A stretch of DNA of 64,000 nucleotides from Geopsychrobacteraceae bacterium (GTDB lineage Bacteria > Desulfobacterota > Desulfuromonadia > Desulfuromonadales > Geopsychrobacteraceae): positions 64,001 through 128,000 of the forward strand of contig CAXXTB010000001.1 of NCBI GenBank assembly GCA_963676795.2, in the 5' to 3' direction. Positions 1 to 9,196 of this stretch are shown one piece after another; within the stretch, counting starts at the first letter, position 1, and the number at the start of each line of letters is the position of its first letter. The position numbers and the translations under genes were made by a program. The notes beneath the pieces were generated by a model. It saw only the letters and a program-made list of their open reading frames with translations, ran no database searches and was not told where the DNA came from.

Positions 1-762
1 CGGAGCCACATCGAGCAGGTGACTCATCAGAATACTCGCCTCGTCCTGCACCTGGTACCAGCCTTCGGCATCACCGGGCAGTGGGTTTTCTCCCCGCACG
101 GTAACGGTGACAGCCTCCGGGGCAAAACAGCAGGGCACGGCACTGTGGCCGGCCTCTTCAAGGACTGCAAGAAAACGGTCGCGATCGGTTTTTAGGGTAT
201 TGACCCGCAAGGTCAGCGGCGCAGGCTGACACAAACTGTCGGCCAGAAGGCGCGCTTCGGCATTCGGCAGGCGGCGCATCAGCTCCTTGGACAACCAGAC
301 CGGGAACCCGCAGACCTGCTGCAGATAGGGCTTGATCTGTTCAGGGGCTGGCCAGGGGATCTCCGCCTTGCCCCGTTCCAGGGCACGCAGCACGCCGTTG
401 ATAAAGCCGGTCGCCTTGTCCACCCCCAGGTCACGGGCCAGCTCGACCGAAGCGTTGACCGCCGCGTGGGCCGGAATCCGGTCAAGCTCGAGCAGCTGGT
501 AAGCGCCCAGGCGCAGCAGAATAAGGACTTCAGGCTGAAGACGTTTGAGCGGCTGCGAACAGAACTGCTCCAGTGCGAAATCAAGCCGCCCCTGCAGGCG
601 CAGACTGCCGTAGACCAGCTCGGTGACCAGGCGTTTGTCGCGCGGATCGAGATCGGCACGGCGCAAGGCACTGTCGAGGACCATATCGGAATAGGCCCCT
701 TCAGCGACCCGGTTCAGCACCTCATAGGCGATCCAGCGAGGATTTTCTCTGTAGTTGGACAC
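1..762 (-). CDS. rsmB: 16S rRNA m5C967 methyltransferase RsmB/Sun, 5' part (runs off the window start)
   Basis: Not in the ORF track. Manual translation from GTG at 762 gives MSNYRENPRWIAYEVLNRVAEGAYSDMVLDSALRRADLDPRDKRLVTELVYGSLRLQGRLD..., a NusB-like N-domain; later LRVNTLK motif; sits in the def-fmt-(htpX)-rsmB context. Confidence 0.9.
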   Translation of the reverse strand, partial: MSNYRENPRWIAYEVLNRVAEGAYSDMVLDSALRRADLDPRDKRLVTELVYGSLRLQGRLDFALEQFCSQPLKRLQPEVLILLRLGAYQLLELDRIPAHAAVNASVELARDLGVDKATGFINGVLRALERGKAEIPWPAPEQIKPYLQQVCGFPVWLSKELMRRLPNAEARLLADSLCQPAPLTLRVNTLKTDRDRFLAVLEEAGHSAVPCCFAPEAVTVTVRGENPLPGDAEGWYQVQDEASILMSHLLDVAP

Positions 763-1593
763 TTAGTACCGCATATTCTCGAGGCGACGAATCCGTTCCT
801 CGATAGGGGGATGGGTGGAAAACAGGTTGGCCATCTTCTTGCCGGAGAGCGGATTGACAATGAACATATGGGCCGTCGCTTCGTTGACCTGCGGCATCGG
901 CATGCGCTGATTGGCCATCTCCAGCTTGCGCAGCGCCCCGGCCAGGGCATGCGGGTTGCCGGCCAGCTGCGCGCCCTTGGCGTCAGCGCCGTACTCGCGC
1001 GAGCGGGAGATCGCCATCTGCACCAGCATGGCGGCAATCGGCGCCAGGATCATCATGGCAATCAGGGCCAGCGGGTTGCTGTCCTCATCGTCCCGGCCGC
1101 CACCGAAGATCAGTCCCCATTGGGCGATATGGGCCAGGTAGCTGATCGCGCCGGCGAAGGTTGCGGCAATCGAACCGATCAGGATGTCGCGGTTCTGAAC
1201 ATGGGCCATTTCATGGGCCATGACCCCCTTGAGTTCTTCACGGGTCAGGATCTGGACGATCCCTTCGGTTGCCGCGACAACGGCATGCTGCGGGTTACGC
1301 CCGGTGGCAAAGGCATTGGGGGTGTTCTGCGGCAGCACATAGACCTTCGGCATGATCAGGTTATTGCGTTCACAGAGTTCACTGACTACCTCATAGAGGG
1401 TCCCGCTGTTGGTCTCGCGGCCGCGGTACATCTTGATGACGATCCTGTCGGAGAACCAGTAGCTGCCGAGGTTCATCACGGCAGCCAGAATCAGCGCCAC
1501 AAGGGCTCCTCCCTGACCACCGAGGGCACCGCCGGCAAAGACCAGCACCAGGGTCAATAGGGTCATCAGCGCAATCGTCCGCATCGTGTTCAT
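763..1593 (-). CDS. htpX: Zinc metalloprotease HtpX (M48)
   Basis: PNAFATGRNP, HEMAH, SRSREYGAD and LFSTHPP motifs; start moved to MNTMRT (ATG 1593) after a purine-rich RBS. Confidence 0.95.
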   Translation of the reverse strand: MNTMRTIALMTLLTLVLVFAGGALGGQGGALVALILAAVMNLGSYWFSDRIVIKMYRGRETNSGTLYEVVSELCERNNLIMPKVYVLPQNTPNAFATGRNPQHAVVAATEGIVQILTREELKGVMAHEMAHVQNRDILIGSIAATFAGAISYLAHIAQWGLIFGGGRDDEDSNPLALIAMMILAPIAAMLVQMAISRSREYGADAKGAQLAGNPHALAGALRKLEMANQRMPMPQVNEATAHMFIVNPLSGKKMANLFSTHPPIEERIRRLENMRY

Positions 1594-1636
1594 CGTTCTC
1601 TTCCTTTTCCTGCTAAACGGGACTGAAGCTGAAAAA

Positions 1637-2578
1637 TCAACCCAGCCTGGTTCCAACCGGCAGCTGGCGACCACTCAGGAACGCTGCCGCCGGCAGACGT
1701 TTTTTCCCCGGCAGCTGCAGCTCGCCGATCAGCAGCGCGCCTTCGCCACAGGCGACCAGCACGCCATTCTTGTCAGCCGCGAGCACACAACCCGCGTCTC
1801 CTGAAGCCGTCGCGTCGACCCGGGTTGCGGCAATCTTGAGCACTTCACCTTCAAGAGCCGTGTAAGCTCCCGGCCAGGGCTCGAGGCCACGCACCTGGTT
1901 GTGGATCTGCTGGGCGCTGCGGCTCCAATCGATCAGACCGTCTTCCTTCTTCATCATGCTGGCATAGCAACTCAGGGAGTCGTCCTGCTTTTCGGCCTGC
2001 AGGGTTCCGGCACAGAGCTGCTTCAGGGTCTCATCCATCGCTTCGCGGCCGAGTACAGCGAGACGATCATGCAGCTCACCGGCAGTCTCATTCGGACCGA
2101 TGGTCAGGCTGCGCTTGACGAGCATATCGCCGGTATCGAGGCCGACATCCATCAGCATGGTGGTCACCCCGGTCTCTGTCTCGCCATCGACGATCGCCAT
2201 GTTGATCGGTGCCGCGCCACGGTATTTCGGCAGCAGCGAGGCATGGACATTGATGCAGTTGAACTTGGGAATATCGAGGACCGCCTTGGGCAAGATCTGG
2301 CCGTAGGCGACAACCACGATCAGGTCCGGCGCAAGAGCTTTGAGCTCTTCGATCGCCTGCGGATCACGCATCTTGAGCGGCTGAAAAACCGGGATCTCAT
2401 GCGTGAGGGCCAGCTCCTTGACCGGCGACATGGCCAGCTTCTTGCCGCGCCCCTTGGGCCGGTCGGGCTGGGTATAGACGCCGACCATCTGGCAACCGGC
2501 TGCGATCAACCCCTCGAGAGTGCCGACGGCAAACTCAGGGGTTCCCATAAACAGGGTGCGGATCTGTTCAGGCGACAT
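1637..2578 (-). CDS. fmt: Methionyl-tRNA formyltransferase
   Basis: FMGTPEFA, TQPDRPKGRG, NVHASLLPKYRGAAPI; follows def. Confidence 0.97.
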   Translation of the reverse strand: MSPEQIRTLFMGTPEFAVGTLEGLIAAGCQMVGVYTQPDRPKGRGKKLAMSPVKELALTHEIPVFQPLKMRDPQAIEELKALAPDLIVVVAYGQILPKAVLDIPKFNCINVHASLLPKYRGAAPINMAIVDGETETGVTTMLMDVGLDTGDMLVKRSLTIGPNETAGELHDRLAVLGREAMDETLKQLCAGTLQAEKQDDSLSCYASMMKKEDGLIDWSRSAQQIHNQVRGLEPWPGAYTALEGEVLKIAATRVDATASGDAGCVLAADKNGVLVACGEGALLIGELQLPGKKRLPAAAFLSGRQLPVGTRLG

Positions 2579-3092
2579 CTTCGGAGGCCTTTTCCTTCTG
2601 CATTTTTGCGTACTTCTTGCGGAACATCGACTTCTTCAGAGAGGAGAGATGATCGACAAAGAGCGTCCCTTCGAGGTGGTCGATCTCATGCTGAAAACCG
2701 ATGGCCAGCAGTCCGTCGGAAGTTCGCTCGTGCCAGTTCCCCTCAACATCCTGATAACGCATGGTCGCCTTGCGGTAACGGTTGACACTGGCGTAGTAGC
2801 CGGGCACCGAGAGACAGCCTTCCTCTTCGCACGATTCCCCTTCGCCACCGACAATCTCGGGATTGATCGCCACGATCAGATCGGCCGGATCATCCTTGGC
2901 GCTGCAATCGAGGATAATCACCCGCTTGAGCACGCCGATCTGCGGAGCAGCCAGGCCGACCCCGGGAGCGTCATACATGGTTTCGATCATGTCCTCGGTC
3001 AGTTGCTTTAGTTCTTCATCAAAAACGGTCACCGGTTCCGACTTTTGCTTGAGCAGCGGATCCGGGAAATGGAGTATCTGTCTTACAGCCAT
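2568..3092 (-). CDS. def: Peptide deformylase
   Basis: GVGLAAPQIG, EGCLSVP and QHEIDHL motifs. Confidence 0.97.
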   Translation of the reverse strand: MAVRQILHFPDPLLKQKSEPVTVFDEELKQLTEDMIETMYDAPGVGLAAPQIGVLKRVIILDCSAKDDPADLIVAINPEIVGGEGESCEEEGCLSVPGYYASVNRYRKATMRYQDVEGNWHERTSDGLLAIGFQHEIDHLEGTLFVDHLSSLKKSMFRKKYAKMQKEKASEDVA

Positions 3093-3170
3093 CTATCCTT
3101 CTTCCTGGTGGCAAACCACCTTTTTCATACTTAACCGAAAAAAAACCTTCGCCGTCGAAGGTTTCTTTTC

Positions 3171-3199
3171 ATGATACGTCGCTTGTCGGAATGAGTCAA
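3171..3199 (-). promoter_or_regulatory. Sigma70-type promoter for the def operon
   Basis: Minus strand reads TTGACT-N17-TATCAT, about 80 nt upstream of the def ATG. Confidence 0.65.
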
Positions 3200-3367
3200 C
3201 TTTGCAGTTCCGGCAGGTTATCCTGCTACGCAGAACCCAAATCCAGCCAAATCATCCCCTCTCCGCCGGTGCGCCTTCTCCTTTATGCCTGCAGTTTGGA
3301 TCCTCAGGGAGAAGACACAAAATCCGAAATTCACCCTAGAGTGACAACAAAACAGGACATGTCAGTG

Positions 3368-4126
3368 TCAAGGGAAGAGCAGCAGTTTGACGGCAAAAAC
3401 CAGGACGGTCAGCGTCACGACCTTCTTGATCCAGTCGTGCCCCTTGGCGACCGCCAGCTTTGGCCCGAGCATGCCGCCAATCGAATTGCCGACCGCCAGA
3501 CCGATACCGAGCAGGTAATCGACCTGACCGTGATAGATAAAAACAGCCAGGGCCAGCAGGGTATAGATAAAGACCACAAAGACCTTGATACCGTTGATGC
3601 GGATCAGGTCAAGACCGAAAGCGAGCAGGACCGGGATAATGATAAAACCGACCCCGGCCTGGACAAAACCGCCATAAATGCCGATGGCAAAGAAGGCCAT
3701 GACCAGAATCAGCTTTTTCAGTGGACTGAACGGACGCTCTTCGCGGCACAGCCGTTTCATCGGGTCGAGCGCAGTAAAGACCAGCACACAGATCATAATC
3801 ACCGCCAGCAGTCGGTTGAACAGCTGATCGTCGATATTGATCGCTAGGTTCGCACCGAGCCAGCTGCCGAGCAGCGCCGGCGGGGTACAGAGCAGAGCGA
3901 GATTGAGCGGCAGCGCGCCATGCTGACGGTAGCCGCGGATGGCAAAGATATTCTGAAAGACGATGGCGATGCGGTTGGTACCGTTGGCAATGGCGCTCGG
4001 CAGGCCCATGAAAATCAGCAGCGGCAGGGTCAGCAGTGAGCCGCCGCCGGCCAGGGTGTTGAGAATCCCGGCGACAATGCCGACCACAACCAGCAGCGGC
4101 AACTGCCAGAGATAGGCGGCGTCCAT
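3368..4126 (-). CDS. Sulfite exporter TauE/SafE family membrane protein
   Basis: AGILNTLAGGGSLLTLP and GIYGGFVQAGVG motifs; hydrophobic; ATG overlaps the tcdA stop (TGATG). Confidence 0.88.
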   Translation of the reverse strand: MDAAYLWQLPLLVVVGIVAGILNTLAGGGSLLTLPLLIFMGLPSAIANGTNRIAIVFQNIFAIRGYRQHGALPLNLALLCTPPALLGSWLGANLAINIDDQLFNRLLAVIMICVLVFTALDPMKRLCREERPFSPLKKLILVMAFFAIGIYGGFVQAGVGFIIIPVLLAFGLDLIRINGIKVFVVFIYTLLALAVFIYHGQVDYLLGIGLAVGNSIGGMLGPKLAVAKGHDWIKKVVTLTVLVFAVKLLLFP

Positions 4127-4848
4127 CACTTCAGCCCGGAGAGCTTCTGCAGAACCTCTCCGGCCATGGTCAGGCCGAAGATCGGCGGCAGATAGGAGGA
4201 ACTGCCAAGCACCGGCTTGCGTACCCCCTCTTCCTGACCATCCAGGGAACGGAACTCTTCCGTCGAATAGACGACCTGAACCCCCTTTTCGATGCCGCGC
4301 TTGCGCAGCTCGCGGCGCATGATGCGGGCCAGGCGGCATTTTTTCGTCTCGCCCAGATCCGCCAGCTGAACCAGTGACGGGTCGAGCTTGTTGGCCGCAC
4401 CCATCGACGAAATGATCGGGATATGCTGTTCACAACAGCTCTGAATCAGGTGAATCTTGGCTGTGATATTGTCGATGCAGTCGCAGACGAAAGAATAGGA
4501 TTCGCTCAGCAGCTCCCGGCTGGTTTCGGCATTGTAGGCCTGATGAACCGCCGTAACCTCGATCTCCGGATTGATCAGCCGACAGCGCTGCGCCATCACT
4601 TCGACCTTGGGGCGACCGACGCTGTTCTCCAGCGCATGCAGCTGGCGATTGATATTGCTGGTGCAGACCAGATCAAAATCGATCAGGGTCAGCCGCCCTA
4701 CCGCACCGCGGGCCAGCGCCTCGGCAACATAGCTGCCGACGCCACCGACGCCAAAGACAGCGACATGGGCACGGCCCAGGCGGGCGAGCGGCTCACTGCC
4801 GAAGAGCAGCTCAAGCCGGTCAAAACGTTTCTCTTTTTCAATACTCAT
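4126..4848 (-). CDS. tcdA: ThiF-family tRNA threonylcarbamoyladenosine dehydratase
   Basis: VFGVGGVGS, SNINRQ, ISSMGAANKLDP and VVYSTE motifs. Confidence 0.88.
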   Translation of the reverse strand: MSIEKEKRFDRLELLFGSEPLARLGRAHVAVFGVGGVGSYVAEALARGAVGRLTLIDFDLVCTSNINRQLHALENSVGRPKVEVMAQRCRLINPEIEVTAVHQAYNAETSRELLSESYSFVCDCIDNITAKIHLIQSCCEQHIPIISSMGAANKLDPSLVQLADLGETKKCRLARIMRRELRKRGIEKGVQVVYSTEEFRSLDGQEEGVRKPVLGSSSYLPPIFGLTMAGEVLQKLSGLK

Positions 4849-5606
4849 TGGTCATCCCATTCCCAGTGAAACAGCTGCGCAGCGCTATGGCTGGTAACCC
4901 TGGCAACCTCCTCCAGCGGTATCTGCCTGATCTCCGCCAGCCGTTGCGCGACCGCGATCAGCTCCTGCGGCTGCTTGGTCTGGTAGGGATAATCGGTCTC
5001 CAGGACAAAAGATTCAAGCGGAAACCGTTTGACGACCTCAGCCAGCTTGCGTACCCCCGGCTTGAGCAACACGGTGCCGATCCCGAGCTTGAAACCGAAA
5101 TCGACCAGCCTGCGGGCGGTTTCGGCGCTCCCGGAAAAACCGTGCCAGATTCCGCCGGGCAGTCCCCGCCCAGTATATTCTTCAAGAATTTCCAGCACCT
5201 CCGGGGTGGTCTTGCGGGCGTGAAGCAGAATCGGCAGCTTTGCCCCACAGGCGATCTCCAGCTGCTCGCGGAACACCTGGCACTGCTTTTCAAGGCCTGG
5301 GCCAACGCCGGAATCGAGCCCGATCTCACCGATGGCGACAACCTCAGGCTCACGGGCCAGGCAGGCCAGCTGCTCGGCAGCCTGCGGCGACCAGAGCTCG
5401 GCGAAATAGGGGTGTAGCCCGAGCGCCGCATAAAGCCGGTTATGTTCGCGGGCCAGAGCCAGAAGATGCTCCCAGCTGTCCGGCTTGATGCCGGGGATCA
5501 CCAGGCGCTCTATTCCGGCAGCCGTAAGCTCGGGCAACAGACCAACCCCGCAACGGGCAAACTCCGGGGCATCAAAATGGATATGGGTATCGATATAACG
5601 GTTCAT
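4845..5606 (-). CDS. TatD-family hydrolase/DNase
   Basis: DTHIH, GLHP, AIGEIGLD, LHAR, HGFSG and ETDYP motifs. Confidence 0.92.
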   Translation of the reverse strand: MNRYIDTHIHFDAPEFARCGVGLLPELTAAGIERLVIPGIKPDSWEHLLALAREHNRLYAALGLHPYFAELWSPQAAEQLACLAREPEVVAIGEIGLDSGVGPGLEKQCQVFREQLEIACGAKLPILLHARKTTPEVLEILEEYTGRGLPGGIWHGFSGSAETARRLVDFGFKLGIGTVLLKPGVRKLAEVVKRFPLESFVLETDYPYQTKQPQELIAVAQRLAEIRQIPLEEVARVTSHSAAQLFHWEWDDQ

Positions 5607-5642
5607 CTGTAGTTGTTCGCAGTCTGGTTCAAAACTGCCTGA

Positions 5643-6644
5643 TCAATCAGCGAGCAGATTGATCAGCACCCGGCGCTTGATCTGCCCCTTGAGAATCGCC
5701 TCGATCTTCTCATCGAGGCCTGCCAAGCCAACCTCCTCACACATCTCTTCCAGGTTGTCCGGCTTCCACTCCCTGGCGAGCCGGTTCCAGATCATCTGCC
5801 GCCGGTTCATCGGGCACTCGGCCGAATCGATGCCGGCCAGGTGTACGGCGCGCAGGATGAAAGGATAAACATTGAGATTCAGCTCGGCCGAAGCCACCAG
5901 GCCGCAGCTGGTGACGGCACCGTCATAGCGGGTCGATTTCAGCGCTGCAACCAGCATGTCCCCGCCGACACAATCGACCACACCCGCCCAGGTCGGTTTC
6001 ATCAGCGGTCGCTCACAGCCACTAAGCAGGGTTTCCCGACTGATGATCCTGCTGGCACCGAGCCTTTTCAGGTAATCCTCCTGATCCGGCTTGCCGGTCA
6101 CCGCGACCACCTCATAACCGAGCTTGCCGAGGATGGCCACCGCCATACTGCCGACGCCGCCGGTTGCACCGGTGACCAGCACCGGACCGGAATCGGCAGC
6201 CACCCCGTTGCGGATCAGTTCACTGACCGACTGCCCGGCGGTCAGACCGGCCGTGCCGAGGATCATGCTCTCCCGGAGCGACAGCCCTTCCGGCAAACGC
6301 TGGGCCCAGCGGCAGGGAACCCGGATATACTGACCGAAGCCGCCATCGGTCTCCATGCCGAGATCGAAGCTGGTCAAAAACACCTCTTCCCCCGGCTGCA
6401 CCTTGGAGGTGGAACAGGAAACAACGGTCCCGGCCGCGTCGATACCGGGGGTATGGGGAAACTCCTTCGTCACCCCGGGATGGCCGGTCGCCGACAGGGC
6501 ATCCTTGTAATTCAGCGAAGAGTAATGGACTTTGACGACCAGTTCCCCCTGCGGCAGATCATCGAGAGTACGGGTCACCAGGGAGCGGGTAAAATCACCC
6601 TGCGCTGTTTTTTCAACCAGAAGAGCCTTGAACTGCGTCGCCAT
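5643..6644 (-). CDS. acuI: YhdH/AcuI-family NADPH-dependent oxidoreductase (MDR superfamily)
   Basis: YSSLNYKDAL, PGIDAAG, GTAGLTA, TGATGGVGS and PFILRAV motifs; AAGGAG RBS before ATG 6644. Confidence 0.85.
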   Translation of the reverse strand: MATQFKALLVEKTAQGDFTRSLVTRTLDDLPQGELVVKVHYSSLNYKDALSATGHPGVTKEFPHTPGIDAAGTVVSCSTSKVQPGEEVFLTSFDLGMETDGGFGQYIRVPCRWAQRLPEGLSLRESMILGTAGLTAGQSVSELIRNGVAADSGPVLVTGATGGVGSMAVAILGKLGYEVVAVTGKPDQEDYLKRLGASRIISRETLLSGCERPLMKPTWAGVVDCVGGDMLVAALKSTRYDGAVTSCGLVASAELNLNVYPFILRAVHLAGIDSAECPMNRRQMIWNRLAREWKPDNLEEMCEEVGLAGLDEKIEAILKGQIKRRVLINLLAD

Positions 6645-6834
6645 TTTCGTCTCCTTCACTCCGGGTCCGTGTATAAGTCGCTGAAAGAATCGACTGGCCG
6701 AAAAGCGTCGATCGGCCTTAAGCTTTCAGTCTAGCAGATCAGCGTTCAGGGCGAAAGAATAGCAGCAGCATTGAGCGGGGAGAGCATGAATAAGCAAACC
6801 GAGCGCACAACGCCAAATCCGTAAAAGAGTCTGA

Positions 6835-6863
6835 TTGACAGTCCCTGAGCTTATCGCTAAGGT
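6835..6863 (+). promoter_or_regulatory. Sigma70-type promoter
   Basis: TTGACA-N17-TAAGGT, 40 nt upstream of ATG 6903. Confidence 0.55.
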
Positions 6864-6902
6864 CAGAACGGCTTTCGCCCCTGCAAAGACAAAGGTATTG
6901 CT

Positions 6903-8129
6903 ATGCGCAAACTTGCCAACCTGTTCTTTATTCTCTTCATCCTGATGAGCATCAGTGGCCTGCTGAGTGGACTGGTCACTCACTATGGCGGACCGGTTTT
7001 TGTCCACTCCGTGCATACGACACTTCACCTACTGACCCTGATCTCTGCCCTGATCGTCTACATCGGCTGCGCCTTCAACCGCCACCTGCCCAAAACCCTG
7101 CTGTTCCCGCTGATGCTCTGGCTGTTCTGGGGGCTGTGCGGTTTCTGGCCATTTCACGGTAGCTCACCAGCGGTTCTGACGCTGGTCACCAGCGCCGTGC
7201 AGCTGCTCTGCGGCCTGCTGATCCTGCGGATCAACAGCAGGATCAACCGGACCGGGTTGCTGCTGACATCCCGTCAGTTTGCCGGCCGCACCTTTGACGC
7301 CGGGAACCTGCTGCGCTTTATCATCGTCAATATCGTCGTCGTGCCGCTGGCCCTGGTGGTGCTGGTGTTTTTCGGCCTCGGTCAGCTGGTCGACGGTAAG
7401 AGCGGCGGGTTCGTCCAGCTGAAGGCGGACGGTCTCTACATGAAGGAAAGGACCTATCGGCAGGGGGACAAGGAGATTCGCCTGGCCGCGATGATCCACC
7501 TCGGCCAGCGCGATTACTACACCGACCTGAAAGACTCGTTACCCACTCATTCGTCGCTGCTGCTGGCCGAGGGGGTACAGGACAGTGAAAACCGGCTCAG
7601 CGGCAATTTCAGTTACGGCAAACTGGCCGGAGCGCTGGGCCTGGTCTCCCAGGAGAACCTGCGCCTGCCGGGAGAGCTCATCAGCCCTGAGCAGCTGCGC
7701 AATCCCGACGCCGGGCAACTGAATCAGCTCAACATTCTGGCCGCCGATATCGATCTCAAGGAGTTCGACCCGCGCACCATTGAAGTCCTCAACACCCTGG
7801 CCCGCGAGGTTCTGGCTTCAGACCAACCACTCAGGGGCTACACCAGGTTCAACAGCTGGGTGCAGCAGCAGATGCCTGCCGACATAGACACTATCATCAT
7901 GCATGACCTGATCGACAAGAGAAACGCCATGGTCCTCGGTTATCTCACGGAAGCCCTGGCGCATTACGATCACATCGTCATCCCCTGGGGAGCCCTGCAC
8001 ATGCCCGGCATCGAGCAGCGGATCAGACAGCTCGGCTTCGAGCTGAGCAGCGAACATGAGCGCAAGAGTATCGATTTTCTCCTGCTCCCCTATGGCCAGA
8101 TCTGGCAAAACCTGACCGGAAGCTACTGA
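6903..8129 (+). CDS. Hypothetical membrane protein with about 5 N-terminal TM helices and a C-terminal TraB/TIKI-like domain
   Basis: 408-aa ORF; hydrophobic N-terminal third; MIHLG...AEG...KRN...WGALHMPG motif order. Confidence 0.65.
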   Translation: MRKLANLFFILFILMSISGLLSGLVTHYGGPVFVHSVHTTLHLLTLISALIVYIGCAFNRHLPKTLLFPLMLWLFWGLCGFWPFHGSSPAVLTLVTSAVQLLCGLLILRINSRINRTGLLLTSRQFAGRTFDAGNLLRFIIVNIVVVPLALVVLVFFGLGQLVDGKSGGFVQLKADGLYMKERTYRQGDKEIRLAAMIHLGQRDYYTDLKDSLPTHSSLLLAEGVQDSENRLSGNFSYGKLAGALGLVSQENLRLPGELISPEQLRNPDAGQLNQLNILAADIDLKEFDPRTIEVLNTLAREVLASDQPLRGYTRFNSWVQQQMPADIDTIIMHDLIDKRNAMVLGYLTEALAHYDHIVIPWGALHMPGIEQRIRQLGFELSSEHERKSIDFLLLPYGQIWQNLTGSY

Positions 8130-8130
8130 G

Positions 8131-9036
8131 ATGACCAGCTTCATCAGTATTTTTGTCAACGTCATTCTGCCGGTTTTCGGCGTTGTCCTCTGTGGTTATC
8201 TGGTTGGCGGCCGGCTCCAGCTGCACAGTCCGTCGCTCAGCCGGGCGGCATACTATGTCTTTGTTCCGGCCTTTGTATTTCAGGCGGTCAAGGGGTCGAA
8301 TATCCCATTTACGGCGGCCCTGCAGATGATCATATTTTTCACCCTGGCCCAGATCCTCATCACCCTGGTCACCGTGGTCATCGCCCGCCTGCTCGGCCGA
8401 AACAAAGAGATGATCGTCGCCTACATCATCGTCTCGGGGTTCATCAATGTCGGCAACTACGGCCTGGCCGTGATCCACTTCCGCCTCGGCGAAGAGGCGA
8501 TTCCGTCAGCCACGATCTACTACATCACGGTCGCCGTTGTTCAGTTTATCATCGGCGTCGGCGCCATCAGCTGGGCAAGAGGCGGAATGCGGAACATCTT
8601 TGGCGGCCTGATCAGGACCCCCGCGATTATGGCCGTTGTCCCGGCGATTCTTCTCAATCTGAGCGGTTTCGAACTGCCGCTGATGCCCAGCCGCATGATC
8701 GGGCTGCTGGCCTCAGCCATGATTCCGGTCATGCTCTTTACCCTGGGCCTGCAGCTTTTTGAACAGAAACGCTTTCAGTTCACCACAGACCTGTTTATCG
8801 CCTCGGCGATTCGCCTGCTGGTGGCACCGGCTCTGGCCTTTTTCATCGGTCGCCAGTTTTCCTTAAGCCCCACGGAACTGGCCTCCGGCGTTCTCCAGAT
8901 GGCAATGCCGACGGCGGTGATCGCCACCATGCTGGCTGCGGAAAAGAACGTCGCTCCTGCCTTCGTCAATACCGGCGTCATGTTCACCACCCTGGCCAGC
9001 CTGGTGACCCTGCCGCTGGTGATGGTGCTGCTGTAA
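8131..9036 (+). CDS. AEC (auxin efflux carrier) family transporter
   Basis: YVFVPAFVF, NVGNYGL, MAMPTAV and TLASLVTLP motifs; about 10 TM helices. Confidence 0.9.
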   Translation: MTSFISIFVNVILPVFGVVLCGYLVGGRLQLHSPSLSRAAYYVFVPAFVFQAVKGSNIPFTAALQMIIFFTLAQILITLVTVVIARLLGRNKEMIVAYIIVSGFINVGNYGLAVIHFRLGEEAIPSATIYYITVAVVQFIIGVGAISWARGGMRNIFGGLIRTPAIMAVVPAILLNLSGFELPLMPSRMIGLLASAMIPVMLFTLGLQLFEQKRFQFTTDLFIASAIRLLVAPALAFFIGRQFSLSPTELASGVLQMAMPTAVIATMLAAEKNVAPAFVNTGVMFTTLASLVTLPLVMVLL

Positions 9037-9069
9037 ATAAGTCGTTATTGATCCCGCGGGTAAATATTT

Positions 9070-9152
9070 CGTCATCCCCGAATGATTGTATCGGGGATCC
9101 ATGCCTTAATTCTCCAAAAATACTGTGGATTCCCGCCTGCGCGGGAATGACG
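9070..9152. repeat. Inverted dimer of CGTC-tagged palindromic (REP/dRS3-like) repeats
   Basis: cgtcATCCCCGA..TCGGGGATcca, then a spacer, then tggATTCCCgcctgcgcGGGAATgacg; lies between convergent genes. Confidence 0.8.
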
Positions 9153-9196
9153 CACAGGATAATTCTTTTACTGTTTAACCACCGCAGCAATAATGT

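Noticed and set aside
466..1560. Long + strand ORF (364 aa) and similar antisense ORFs, for example 1901-2785, 24379-25428, 25781-26926, 53120-54112 and 60965-62293
   Set aside because: They lie opposite well-supported genes, have no motifs, and are expected shadows of GC-rich codon usage.
3191..3847. 218-aa + strand ORF
   Set aside because: Antisense to the tauE-like gene and has no recognisable features.
5621..5635. 15-mer AGTCTGGTTCAAAAC repeated at 36879-36893, both copies intergenic
   Set aside because: A few exact 15-mer matches are expected by chance in 64 kb; it is not palindromic and the downstream genes are unrelated.
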